DNA from: a virus
Lineage: Duplodnaviria > Caudoviricetes
IMG/VR virus record: IMGVR_UViG_3300028833_000073
Span: 64,001-128,000 of that record
Direction: 5' to 3' (one strand)
DNA: 64,000 nucleotides
The position numbers and the translations under genes were made by a program. Under the pieces are notes generated by a model. It ran no database searches, had not been told where the DNA came from, and saw only the letters and a list, made by a program, of their open reading frames with translations. Shown here piece after piece: positions 51,995-61,191 of this stretch. Position 1 is the first letter of the stretch. Each line of letters starts with the position of its first letter.

Positions 51995-52046
51995 TACAGG
52001 TTTGGGTACTATTACGAACATGAAATCAAAAGGGTATACTACTTTT

Positions 52047-52155
52047 GCAAGAAAAGAGAGAGAGCAATATGCTCTCTCCGTCTTTTCTTTAAGTGTGTTG
52101 CGTATGTCGTCTGTAGATGTGCCGAGAGGAACAACTAACCCTAGAAGTCGTCCTT
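52047..52155 (-). ncRNA. Putative late small RNA
   Basis: TACT-ATAAAA-TA promoter at 52166; ends in the bidirectional hairpin at 52049-52089; GC-richer and non-coding. Confidence 0.4.
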
Positions 52156-52219
52156 ATTTTATAGTAAGGTATGAATTAATAAAAGATACTTCTTAGTAAA
52201 TAAGAAAAGAGGTGCTATA

Positions 52220-53560
52220 ATGGCTAAGCGTAAATCTAATCATATTACTAATAAAGATGATATAGACTATATCCTTAGTCTTACTGAGGATGACTTAAAT
52301 AGATTATCAGTTATTCTAGGAATGTTCGGTACCTTTAATGGTAAGAGAAGGTTTAATACTTATGATACAATAAATATTCCTCCTGGTAGTTATGGTAAGG
52401 GGGATAAGAAAAATAAGAATACCTTCACTACAACTATAGGAAGATATGTATATAATAAGATCTTTATTGAACAGGATCTCTTTGAGATAAAGGGATATAT
52501 AAATCAGACTATCAATAAGAAGATGTTTAAGAAGCTTAATAAGACTCTAGCCCAAGGAATACTAGAAGAGAAGATTCCACTTGATGTATTGAAGAGATAT
52601 CTAATGAAGACACAAAAGCTTATGCCTGTAGTGACAGTATTGATGGAGAATGAATCGGATGCTATGTATATGCTAGCAGATAAGATAGCTCCTAAGAAAA
52701 AACAGCTTCTAGCAAAGTATAAGAAAGAGATAGATGATGGGCATGATGATGTAATTCCTAAGATTGAGAAGGAATTGATTGATTATGCTAAATCTTTACT
52801 ACAAGATGATGGTTCTCTTGATGTCTTTGATAATGGTGAGTCCGCTGACTACTCTAATAACTTCAAAAACATGTTTATCATGAAGGGTCTAGTAAAGAGA
52901 AATGGTGCTGATGGATACAATGTTATTACCTCTGACTATATGAGAGGAATCAGTAAAGATGAGTATGTAATGTTTGCAGACTCACTAGCAGCAGGACCAT
53001 ATTCTAGAGCTAGAAAGACAGCTACTGGTGGACACTGGGAGAAGTTATTTAGAATATTTGAGCATGTAGTACTAGATGAACCTGGTACTGATTGTAAGAC
53101 AAAGAGAACTATTGAGGTTAAGCTAGATGATACTATGATTGGATATCTGATGTATAGCTACGTAGTGGATGGTAATAAGCTAGTTGAGCTTACATCGGAT
53201 ACAGTAGATAAATATAGAGATAAGACAGTGAAGTTAAGATTCTCTTCTTTATGTGAATCTAAGAATGGTAAGATATGTAGTAAGTGTGCTGGTAATAAAT
53301 TCTATAGATTAGGAATAAAGAATATTGGATCCGCTGTACCTCAAGTAGGATCTAAGATAAAGAATATCAACATGAAGGCATTCCATGATAGTCAGGTAGT
53401 ATTCCAAGATATGGATGTAATGAAAGCATTCTTTCCATTTGGAGCAAAAGGTAAAGTAACTATCAATGAAGATGTAAATGACTATGGAATTAAAGTAGAG
53501 ACAATAGAAGAACAGATGACTCATGCAAATAACTTAGAACTAAATGTCTTTAATGAGTAG
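52220..53560 (+). CDS. Virion RNA polymerase beta' C-terminal subunit (phiKZ gp80-like)
   Basis: Bridge-helix-like SRARKTATGG; DCKT...RFSSLC...ICSKCAG Zn site; trigger-loop-like NIG...NINMKAFH; late-type promoter TACT-TCTTAG-TA. Confidence 0.85.
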   Translation: MAKRKSNHITNKDDIDYILSLTEDDLNRLSVILGMFGTFNGKRRFNTYDTINIPPGSYGKGDKKNKNTFTTTIGRYVYNKIFIEQDLFEIKGYINQTINKKMFKKLNKTLAQGILEEKIPLDVLKRYLMKTQKLMPVVTVLMENESDAMYMLADKIAPKKKQLLAKYKKEIDDGHDDVIPKIEKELIDYAKSLLQDDGSLDVFDNGESADYSNNFKNMFIMKGLVKRNGADGYNVITSDYMRGISKDEYVMFADSLAAGPYSRARKTATGGHWEKLFRIFEHVVLDEPGTDCKTKRTIEVKLDDTMIGYLMYSYVVDGNKLVELTSDTVDKYRDKTVKLRFSSLCESKNGKICSKCAGNKFYRLGIKNIGSAVPQVGSKIKNINMKAFHDSQVVFQDMDVMKAFFPFGAKGKVTINEDVNDYGIKVETIEEQMTHANNLELNVFNE

Positions 53561-53624
53561 AAAACGAGGGTGCATAGCACCCTCAACTTCTTATTAATGT
53601 AGGTTTAGAAAGAAGGTTTAAAAT

Positions 53625-54422
53625 ATGAATGAAACAGAGGCGATCAATGGTGTAGCTAGCATATCCAAACTTATCTATGAATATGGTCCTGCTGTAACTA
53701 TGATGTCAGTAATCCTTATACTCTTCATAGTTATTCTATTCTATTTTCTTAGATCTCAACAGAAAGCAAATGAAAATATAATGAATGAGCATAAGCTTCT
53801 GATTGAGAATATGCTTGCACAACAGAAAGAAAGAGAAAAGTTTATGATGGAGTATAAGAAGGAGAGCGAAGTACCAAGCAATAAAGAGCTTATGGATAAC
53901 TATATGAAGATTAATAATGATATTAGATCTCATGTAGCCGTAAATATCTTAAGTCTTAATGCTTGTAGAATGTGCATCTTCCTATTCCATAATGGAACTA
54001 AGTCTCTTGGTAATTTTCCTTTCTTTAAGTTCTCATGTATATGTGAGCAGACAACAAACGTGAAGTATGTTAGAATAAACAAGCAACATGATTACCCAGT
54101 TAATCTTATGAGTGACTTCATTGCTAATTTATATGATCATAGTGAAATCTCTTACTATAACCAAGAGAGTCATAAGGTTATAGAAGAGGATCCTATGCTA
54201 GAGAAGATACTATCGAATCATCATGATAAGTTTATAATCAGAGGAATCTTTGACTCTTCTTCCTCCTTGCTAGGATTCGTTCTAGTAGAGTTTAAAGATG
54301 AGAATATTAATGATGATAATTATCCTGAGAAAGCAAAGATAATAAAGAGACTCATAAATGAGTTAGCTCCTATCTTTGAATACTCTAATCTTAATCAAGT
54401 ATATCAGGAGGCGAATAGATAA
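53625..54422 (+). CDS. Membrane protein with TM helix, coiled coil and GAF-like domain (possible holin)
   Basis: TM MMSVILILFIVILFYFL; RMCIFLFHNG...LLGFVLVEF; late-type promoter AACT-TCTTAT-TA. Confidence 0.5.
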   Translation: MNETEAINGVASISKLIYEYGPAVTMMSVILILFIVILFYFLRSQQKANENIMNEHKLLIENMLAQQKEREKFMMEYKKESEVPSNKELMDNYMKINNDIRSHVAVNILSLNACRMCIFLFHNGTKSLGNFPFFKFSCICEQTTNVKYVRINKQHDYPVNLMSDFIANLYDHSEISYYNQESHKVIEEDPMLEKILSNHHDKFIIRGIFDSSSSLLGFVLVEFKDENINDDNYPEKAKIIKRLINELAPIFEYSNLNQVYQEANR

Positions 54423-55804
54423 TGAAACCAAAGATTCTTGAGGATAGAATTTTTGCTTCACATAATGTTAGTGTTGGTAACCTAGTAGAGTTTAATAACT
54501 CTACTGGTACTGAGTTAAAAGATTCTAGTATCAAATCAAATGATGTGCTAAAACTAGTATCTATGATTAATAATCTTGTACAGCATCTAGCTAATGATAC
54601 TAACCATGTTTCTGATGAAGATAGAGCTAGATGGGATAAGAGAGAAGCAGTAACTGATCACATGGCAGATAAGTCTATCCATGTATCATCTCAAGATAGA
54701 GAATATTGGAATGAGAAGGAGTCAGTAGCTGGTGCTCAAGCTAAAGCTGATGCTGTTATGAGTCAAGCTAATAAGCATATCTATGACTCTAATGTACATA
54801 TTACTCTTGCAGATAAGAATAAGTTAAATAATGTATACTCTAAGGAAGAGATTGAAGCTCTAATCTCTACACTACAGACAAATAACCAATGGAAAGAAGC
54901 AGTCAATACATATGAAGATTTATATACTACTTACCCAGATCCACTAGATGGTTGGACAGTCAATATCCTTGAATCTGATCTTACTTATAGATGGACTGGT
55001 GATGAATGGATTGCAATTTCAGCTAACTTTATTCCAGTAGCTACTCAAGAAGTAGATGGTAAACTATCTAAGTATGATAAGAGAAAACTAGATGGAATTG
55101 AAGATGGAGCTAATAGATATGTACATCCATCTGATCAGTATACTCGACATGTAACTGATAACCAGATTGCTATATGGAGTGGTAAGGCTGATAATAAACT
55201 AGCAGATTATCTTAATGATGGTCTACTTACCAAGGAAGATAAAGTAAAGCTAGATAACATCGAGGAATTTGCTAATCATTATGAACACCCAGGTACTCAT
55301 AGTGCTCGTATGATTGAAACAACAGAAGACTTAGCATTCATCTCTGAGGAAGAGAGAACCTATTGGAATGCTAAGGCTGATAGTAATAGGGCTACTATCT
55401 TCAAAGATGGTATTATGTCTAATGAAGATAAGAAGAAGTTAGATGGTATTGCAGAAAAAGCTAATCTATATACACATCCAGCTACTCATAACCCAGATAT
55501 TATAGCGGAGAATGCAGATAAACAATTTGTATCATCTCAGGATAAAACAGTATGGAATGCAAAGTTTGGTAGAGGAAACTTCATTAGAGGTTCTGCTGTA
55601 CTTAATGGTACTGCTGGAACTAAGATTGTACATTCACTATTTGATATGACAAATTCATATAGTGTAATGATTACATTAACCTCAGCAGTAACACCAGATA
55701 GAACTGGTCAAATCTATGTAGTCAAAGATCCTAATGCTATCTTTGTATATTCTACTGGAGGTAATATCACAGACTCATTTGACTACTTGATCATTGAGAA
55801 GTAA
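54422..55804 (+). CDS. Tail fibre/fibre-like structural protein
   Basis: Repeats DGxxSxxDKxKLDGIxxxANxYxHP (x3) and HVSxxDRxxW. Confidence 0.7.
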   Translation: MKPKILEDRIFASHNVSVGNLVEFNNSTGTELKDSSIKSNDVLKLVSMINNLVQHLANDTNHVSDEDRARWDKREAVTDHMADKSIHVSSQDREYWNEKESVAGAQAKADAVMSQANKHIYDSNVHITLADKNKLNNVYSKEEIEALISTLQTNNQWKEAVNTYEDLYTTYPDPLDGWTVNILESDLTYRWTGDEWIAISANFIPVATQEVDGKLSKYDKRKLDGIEDGANRYVHPSDQYTRHVTDNQIAIWSGKADNKLADYLNDGLLTKEDKVKLDNIEEFANHYEHPGTHSARMIETTEDLAFISEEERTYWNAKADSNRATIFKDGIMSNEDKKKLDGIAEKANLYTHPATHNPDIIAENADKQFVSSQDKTVWNAKFGRGNFIRGSAVLNGTAGTKIVHSLFDMTNSYSVMITLTSAVTPDRTGQIYVVKDPNAIFVYSTGGNITDSFDYLIIEK

Positions 55805-55823
55805 GAGGTGAGATGTTACTACG

Positions 55824-56183
55824 ATGAATATTATCAATAAGCTTAAAAGCTTCTTCGTTAGAGAATATGATGAAGAACCATTAAAAGAGGATCCTATAGA
55901 CAAATTTAAGAAACAATTAGAAGAAGCACATCATCATGCAGTTGTCTTTGGATATAATGATCTTATGTGTATTTTTAAACCTTACTACGATGCAATAGAT
56001 AGAGCCTTTGATGAACATGATCCTAGAAGAAGTGAACGTCAAAAGATAATAACTTCTATGCTAAACTGTTATATGGATGAGTGTATGAGTGCTATATCTG
56101 AGAGAGAAGTGTATCTAATTAAAGAGACAGTGCTTAGAATGTCATATATCATAATGAATAGTATAATCAAGGAGAAAAAATAA
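55824..56183 (+). CDS. Hypothetical protein
   Basis: 119 aa; RBS AGAGGTG. Confidence 0.65.
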   Translation: MNIINKLKSFFVREYDEEPLKEDPIDKFKKQLEEAHHHAVVFGYNDLMCIFKPYYDAIDRAFDEHDPRRSERQKIITSMLNCYMDECMSAISEREVYLIKETVLRMSYIIMNSIIKEKK

Positions 56184-56207
56184 AAGAGGGGACCTAATGG
56201 TCCTCTC

Positions 56208-57539
56208 TTAAAATATTCTATTTCTATTGTGACCATGGACTTCAATCATAGCATTATGAACAAAGGGTAAATCACAATAGACTACGATATTAGACTTTAG
56301 CTTTATAGGTACTGCTCTAGTATTAAGAGTCATATTATTCCAATCTATAAAGGATTGCATCTCTTTCATATTGTTAAATACCTTGATCTCCATAAAGACA
56401 TCAGGTGAAACTCCTCGTACTCTACAGTACTCTATTGTATCTAGTATATCATTCTGAGTTACATCTCCACCGGTAGTAAACATATCATTCAAGTTTATTC
56501 TAATTGGCTCATTAGGATTATCCGACTCATATTCTCCATCTACATATATATGCCATCCATTAGCATTCTTAGATGGAATAGGAGTGAAGACAAGAGCAGA
56601 AACAACTACATCTCCTTCACTACTATCTCTATACATCACATGGTTAGTCTCATACTCAGACCAATATACATAGTACTTAGGATATGGCATATATGCAGTA
56701 CATGTCATCTCAAGTCCATAGTTAGTATGAGTCATTCCTTCATTCTCACCATCATCTATATCTAGATTGATATCTCTTATATGAACTATAATCTCAGTTA
56801 CTCTCATATAGAACTCATATCTATGATTCACACCACGAATCTTATACATGAATGGTAATACTGAGTATGTATTCATGTAATTAAGAAAGGCAGTATAATC
56901 TACTGGCATTCCCTTATCATCTATCTCAAAGTGTAAGTCTTTAGCCAATCTAGATATCAATCTACTAGGAACTAAGAAGTCTATATTAGCATGAAGTGAC
57001 ATAGTTTTTCCTACTCTACACTTCATTAGAATCTCATCATATAGATCATATTGCTTAGCCCTAGTATCTACTTGGATTCTATAAGTGAAGTCCACCTTAT
57101 TGAGTCTAGATATAAGTCCTAGCTGGACGTTATTATCTTTATCTCTGAAGAAGGTGTTCTTATCTTGGGTTCTATTGATGTAACCCATAATGGAATTATA
57201 ATCATCATCTATGAATTCTCTATTGTATTGAATATCTGGCTTAGGTATAATAGACAACTTAGGTCTCTGTCTCTTTACCCAGTCTCTTATAGTCCAATGC
57301 ATCATATCATGAAATGGATCATGACCATCTAGATTGATTGCATTGAATATAGGTTTCTCTGTTCTAGCATCTATAAACTTATTCACGAACCAGTTATACA
57401 TATACTCTACGCACATAGATATTCCATCTACTCTACCTGGAAGATATAGAGCAGAATTCAATCTCTTATATACAATATTACACATCTCTTCTATCTTAAC
57501 TGGCACCATATTGTGCGGTGTTCCTCTAGGTGGAATCAT
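56208..57539 (-). CDS. Hypothetical protein, probably virion structural
   Basis: 443 aa; RBS AGAGGTG; codon style like the late genes. Confidence 0.65.
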   Translation of the reverse strand: MIPPRGTPHNMVPVKIEEMCNIVYKRLNSALYLPGRVDGISMCVEYMYNWFVNKFIDARTEKPIFNAINLDGHDPFHDMMHWTIRDWVKRQRPKLSIIPKPDIQYNREFIDDDYNSIMGYINRTQDKNTFFRDKDNNVQLGLISRLNKVDFTYRIQVDTRAKQYDLYDEILMKCRVGKTMSLHANIDFLVPSRLISRLAKDLHFEIDDKGMPVDYTAFLNYMNTYSVLPFMYKIRGVNHRYEFYMRVTEIIVHIRDINLDIDDGENEGMTHTNYGLEMTCTAYMPYPKYYVYWSEYETNHVMYRDSSEGDVVVSALVFTPIPSKNANGWHIYVDGEYESDNPNEPIRINLNDMFTTGGDVTQNDILDTIEYCRVRGVSPDVFMEIKVFNNMKEMQSFIDWNNMTLNTRAVPIKLKSNIVVYCDLPFVHNAMIEVHGHNRNRIF

Positions 57540-57552
57540 TAGCTATCACCTC

Positions 57553-57852
57553 TTACTTAGAGGTTTTAGGTATATTTGTGTCATCTATGTAAGCCCATGC
57601 AGATACTTCATTAGCATAGTATATACTAGAATCTCCTATCCACCTATATGGCTTAGTATCAAACTCAGTCATTTCTGATATAGGTATAACATCTCTACAG
57701 GCTATATATATTTTCACTGGTATTCCATTTATTTTAGTCGTTCTTTTGGGAACATATATCAATACCATCTCACCAGGTATAGGTGTTTTATCTTCAGGAT
57801 CAAACCATTTCATATAAGATAATGTGTCAAGATTAATATCCAGTACTGACAT
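57553..57852 (-). CDS. DUF551-like protein
   Basis: KWFDPEDKTP...VLIY...VSAWAYI. Confidence 0.55.
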   Translation of the reverse strand: MSVLDINLDTLSYMKWFDPEDKTPIPGEMVLIYVPKRTTKINGIPVKIYIACRDVIPISEMTEFDTKPYRWIGDSSIYYANEVSAWAYIDDTNIPKTSK

Positions 57853-57887
57853 GATATATCATCTCCTTACTATACAAGTATTACATC

Positions 57888-58519
57888 AAAAAATAAAAGA
57901 TTTGACAAAACAGAAAAGCCCTCCGAAGAGGGCCGGTGTTTATTTACTTTGTTTCATTTACATATACTTCTTCAAGGATACTATCCAAGTATTCAAGATA
58001 CTCTTTGTCCTTCTGGCTAAGATTATCAATCTTACCAGTTCTTATATAGAAATGCTTTAATGTCTCGAACTCACATGGATAATCCATTTCTTCAGGTTTA
58101 TCAATATCTGCCCAGGCTACAACAGATTGTCCAAAATATTTTGTAGAACAAGTGCTATGCCATTCATATTCTCTTAAGTTATTTCCCATGAACCTGTTCT
58201 CAATGCATGATTTAGGCATCATTTCACGATACACAATATCATAACACGCATGTTTACCATCAATATATACTGGTCTAAATGGAACATACCCTAAAACTAG
58301 CTTTCCAAGAGGCGGAAGTTCATCCAAGCAATTATGCCAATGAAGATTAGATAGTAACTTTCCGTTTTGATCCAATGTAATAATGTCTTTCATTATTAAT
58401 TTCCTCCTTTTAAACACATCATATTCATTTCGGCACATCTATAATATATGCCTATTTTTGAATTTGGTTAGGAAAAAATAAAAGATTTGACAAAACAGAA
58501 AAGCCCTCCGAAGAGGGCC
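57888..58519. repeat. Identical 47-bp direct repeats (57888-57934 and 58473-58519) containing a terminator hairpin
   Basis: AAAAAATAAAAGATTTGACAAAACAGAAAAGCCCTCCGAAGAGGGCC occurs twice. Confidence 0.9.
57944..58393 (-). CDS. DUF551-like protein
   Basis: HWHNCLDELPPLGKLVLGY...VVAWADI; ATG 58393 after AAGGAGG. Confidence 0.6.
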   Translation of the reverse strand: MKDIITLDQNGKLLSNLHWHNCLDELPPLGKLVLGYVPFRPVYIDGKHACYDIVYREMMPKSCIENRFMGNNLREYEWHSTCSTKYFGQSVVAWADIDKPEEMDYPCEFETLKHFYIRTGKIDNLSQKDKEYLEYLDSILEEVYVNETK

Positions 58520-58535
58520 CTGTTTTGTCTGTCAA

Positions 58536-58925
58536 CTACTTTGCTACATGAGAAGCATAGTAGTTAACGTAAGCCTTCGAGAAAATGGCGATTTCATCCG
58601 CCATAAACTCAAAGTCCTTAAATTTTTTCGGGAGAATACCGCATGCCGCAAGTGCCCATCCTTGTACATTTCCATCGAACTTAGCATTGAATGCTAAGTC
58701 CCATGCGAGGAAGGACATACATGCTCTTGCATACTTCGCTTTAAACTCTTGCGTAGGCGAAGTATACTCTACCATTCTAGCCTGCATTTCCATGAATTCC
58801 TTTAACGTGCTGAGGTTTTGGCTTTGAGCCATTTCCTCAATACGATTGGTATCTGCCTTCCCCTCGATCACGATACCAGAAGCAATGAACTCACGGTTGT
58901 TGATAGCGTTTAACATGGTACTCAC
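58536..58925 (-). CDS. Hypothetical early protein
   Basis: 129 aa; early-type promoter at about 59045-59008. Confidence 0.7.
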   Translation of the reverse strand: MSTMLNAINNREFIASGIVIEGKADTNRIEEMAQSQNLSTLKEFMEMQARMVEYTSPTQEFKAKYARACMSFLAWDLAFNAKFDGNVQGWALAACGILPKKFKDFEFMADEIAIFSKAYVNYYASHVAK

Positions 58926-59047
58926 CTGTACCCTTTCTGCTGTAGTATCATAGTTATCTACAGCTAGATATTATCACTCGTACTAAACATTTCTATCTAG
59001 TACTCGCAATAATAATATATCTTTGAAATTTGAACAATTCACACTTT

Positions 59048-59527
59048 TCACTTTTTGGGTCTATTTGTTTTTTCAAGAATAACCAATACCTTTTCAAGAA
59101 GATCGCAAATGTCACTCATTTTTTTCTTTTCACGAGCTCCTCTTACCTGTTGCCAGTTAAAACTATAGCTTCCATCATCAAGCTCTCCAGAAAGAATACC
59201 ATTACATATTACTTCAACAGGATTATCGGAGTCTTTCTTCAAAGCATTGGTGATATTATAGAAATCCTTAAGCATATCGCCTTTATCATAATAGGTCAAG
59301 GTATGACATATTCCAGAAGAGTGATATACTTTGAGATTACGTCTGAGGTTATAATCTTCAAAATCACACTCTTCAATATCAATATAGGGAACCTCAACTA
59401 CTCCTACAATATCAGTGAAGAGGAACATGTTATCACATAATTCCCTTCTATAGGTTATCTCATCATTGGTAACACATACATTATTGAGACTTCCATGATA
59501 AATAGTAATCATTGTTATTTCCTCCAT
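59048..59527 (-). CDS. Hypothetical protein
   Basis: About 155 aa; GGAGG upstream of an alternative start. Confidence 0.65.
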   Translation of the reverse strand: MEEITMITIYHGSLNNVCVTNDEITYRRELCDNMFLFTDIVGVVEVPYIDIEECDFEDYNLRRNLKVYHSSGICHTLTYYDKGDMLKDFYNITNALKKDSDNPVEVICNGILSGELDDGSYSFNWQQVRGAREKKKMSDICDLLEKVLVILEKTNRPKK

Positions 59528-59532
59528 TATAA

Positions 59533-59823
59533 TTAATCAATCCTTTTTGCTACAAAGATATCCGGAAGCAATTCAACATCATTTTCCTTTTTATTCGCTA
59601 TGCAATTAATCATTGCATCATAATCATTAATACATCTTTTCTTACCATTAGTCTCATTAACATTCACTGATACTATATAGCCAAACGAAAACCACTCCTT
59701 TGTTCCTGTTTGTACTACAATCCAACAAATATCCTTTTTATCAAGAATATAGAAGTTTTGTATATTTGTGAGATAACAGTATATAAGATTATCTTCTTTA
59801 CCGTTATATACCCATGCATCCAT
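59533..59823 (-). CDS. Hypothetical protein
   Basis: 96 aa; RBS AAGGAGG. Confidence 0.7.
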   Translation of the reverse strand: MDAWVYNGKEDNLIYCYLTNIQNFYILDKKDICWIVVQTGTKEWFSFGYIVSVNVNETNGKKRCINDYDAMINCIANKKENDVELLPDIFVAKRID

Positions 59824-59878
59824 AATATTCCTCCTTAAGAATAAAAACTAACCCTACCCATATAGGGTAGGGTTCTTA

Positions 59879-60061
59879 TTATGCATACCACATAGAAACA
59901 CTCTCATAGATGTCGCATCCCTTGTCATAGCCAAGAGATCTCAAAGTTTCTACCAAAATGGCATCCATATCCATATGTCCTTCCTCACCTGCATTACCAT
60001 CTTCCATATGATATTTATCATATACTTCTTTCATCTTCTTTTCAAACTCTTCAGGTGTCAT
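59879..60061 (-). CDS. Small hypothetical phage protein
   Basis: MTPEEF...HxDMD...LRSLGY...WYA; RBS AAAGGAGG. Confidence 0.75.
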   Translation of the reverse strand: MTPEEFEKKMKEVYDKYHMEDGNAGEEGHMDMDAILVETLRSLGYDKGCDIYESVSMWYA

Positions 60062-60369
60062 TATTCTTCCTCCTTTCTAACCCATGCTATACCATCATTA
60101 TCTATAGTAATATCTTGAGTAGAGTTATCATACTCAATCCAATCACTACCGAATTCTCTTAGAATATCCATATACATCTCATTCAGCTCTTTATTACCTT
60201 TACCATTGAATATTTTCATATTGACTCTAACGCGATTAAGATAATCTTTAGACTCGAATAGATATCCTCGTCCTATTAACTTATCTTGTTGCTTTTTAGT
60301 AGTCTTATATTCAAGAATAAAAATAATATTCGCTATCATCTTCTCTTTATTACTTAGCTTAGTAACCAT
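60061..60369 (-). CDS. Hypothetical protein
   Basis: 102 aa; RBS GAGGTG. Confidence 0.7.
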   Translation of the reverse strand: MVTKLSNKEKMIANIIFILEYKTTKKQQDKLIGRGYLFESKDYLNRVRVNMKIFNGKGNKELNEMYMDILREFGSDWIEYDNSTQDITIDNDGIAWVRKEEE

Positions 60370-60453
60370 TTATCAACACCTCACCGCATCAGTATACTAA
60401 TCATTACTAATATATTGATGCGGCAAGATATTGAATCAATAGTTACTTGTTAT

Positions 60454-60801
60454 TTACTGAGCAATATGTTTGAGATAGCGAAGAGCTTTTGTATAAAATG
60501 CCCAATGAAGAGGTTGGCCTTCAGGAGTAACAATCACATTTGCTTCTCCTTGATGTTTGCCCATAATAATCCCGTTCATTGTTACATATCCAACAGTGCT
60601 TCTTGTAACTGTTCCTTCAGTATTGTTCCTACAAGCAACAGTACATGTAAACTCTTCAGGCCACCCTCGTACACTATCTGTATCAAGGTACCAATCACAG
60701 TCACCCTTGGTACTAACATATACATCTTCAGCAGATGCAAAGTTGTTACCTCCAACAAGAATCATCAAACCCAGTACCATAGAAACAAACAGCTTTTTCA
60801 T
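60454..60801 (-). CDS. Secreted/periplasmic protein with signal peptide
   Basis: MKKLFVSMVLGLMILVGGNNFASA|EDVYV; AxA cleavage site. Confidence 0.7.
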   Translation of the reverse strand: MKKLFVSMVLGLMILVGGNNFASAEDVYVSTKGDCDWYLDTDSVRGWPEEFTCTVACRNNTEGTVTRSTVGYVTMNGIIMGKHQGEANVIVTPEGQPLHWAFYTKALRYLKHIAQ

Positions 60802-60939
60802 TTTACTTACCCCTTTCTAAATACCAATACAATTCTATTCTTACATACTATCCTCCTTTATATTAGATTCAGATAAAGAGTATAAGAGTACCAAAAACGG
60901 TACTCTTATATCCTTAATTATCTCATCTATAATATATCT

Positions 60940-61191
60940 CTATTTTTTGATTTGGTCTTTCCAATTACGACACATATCAAACAAATCATATTCTTCTTTA
61001 GTATACCCTTTTGTAGTATTTATTAATGCATTAGTAAGAATCATAGTATCTTTTTTGTGATTGAAGAAGGGCTCCATTAATCCATCATTCCTACTAATAT
61101 GCATTGCATTTCTAGGATTGAAGACAGCGTTAGATGCTCTCTTTATTTCATTATTAATTAACAGCAGAATATTCAATGTATCACCATCAAA
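60940..61191 (-). CDS. Non-virion RNAP beta' (catalytic subunit) exon 3
   Basis: Begins FDGDTLN, completing NADFDGD; ...FNPRNAMHISRNDG. Confidence 0.9.
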   Translation of the reverse strand, partial: FDGDTLNILLLINNEIKRASNAVFNPRNAMHISRNDGLMEPFFNHKKDTMILTNALINTTKGYTKEEYDLFDMCRNWKDQIKK

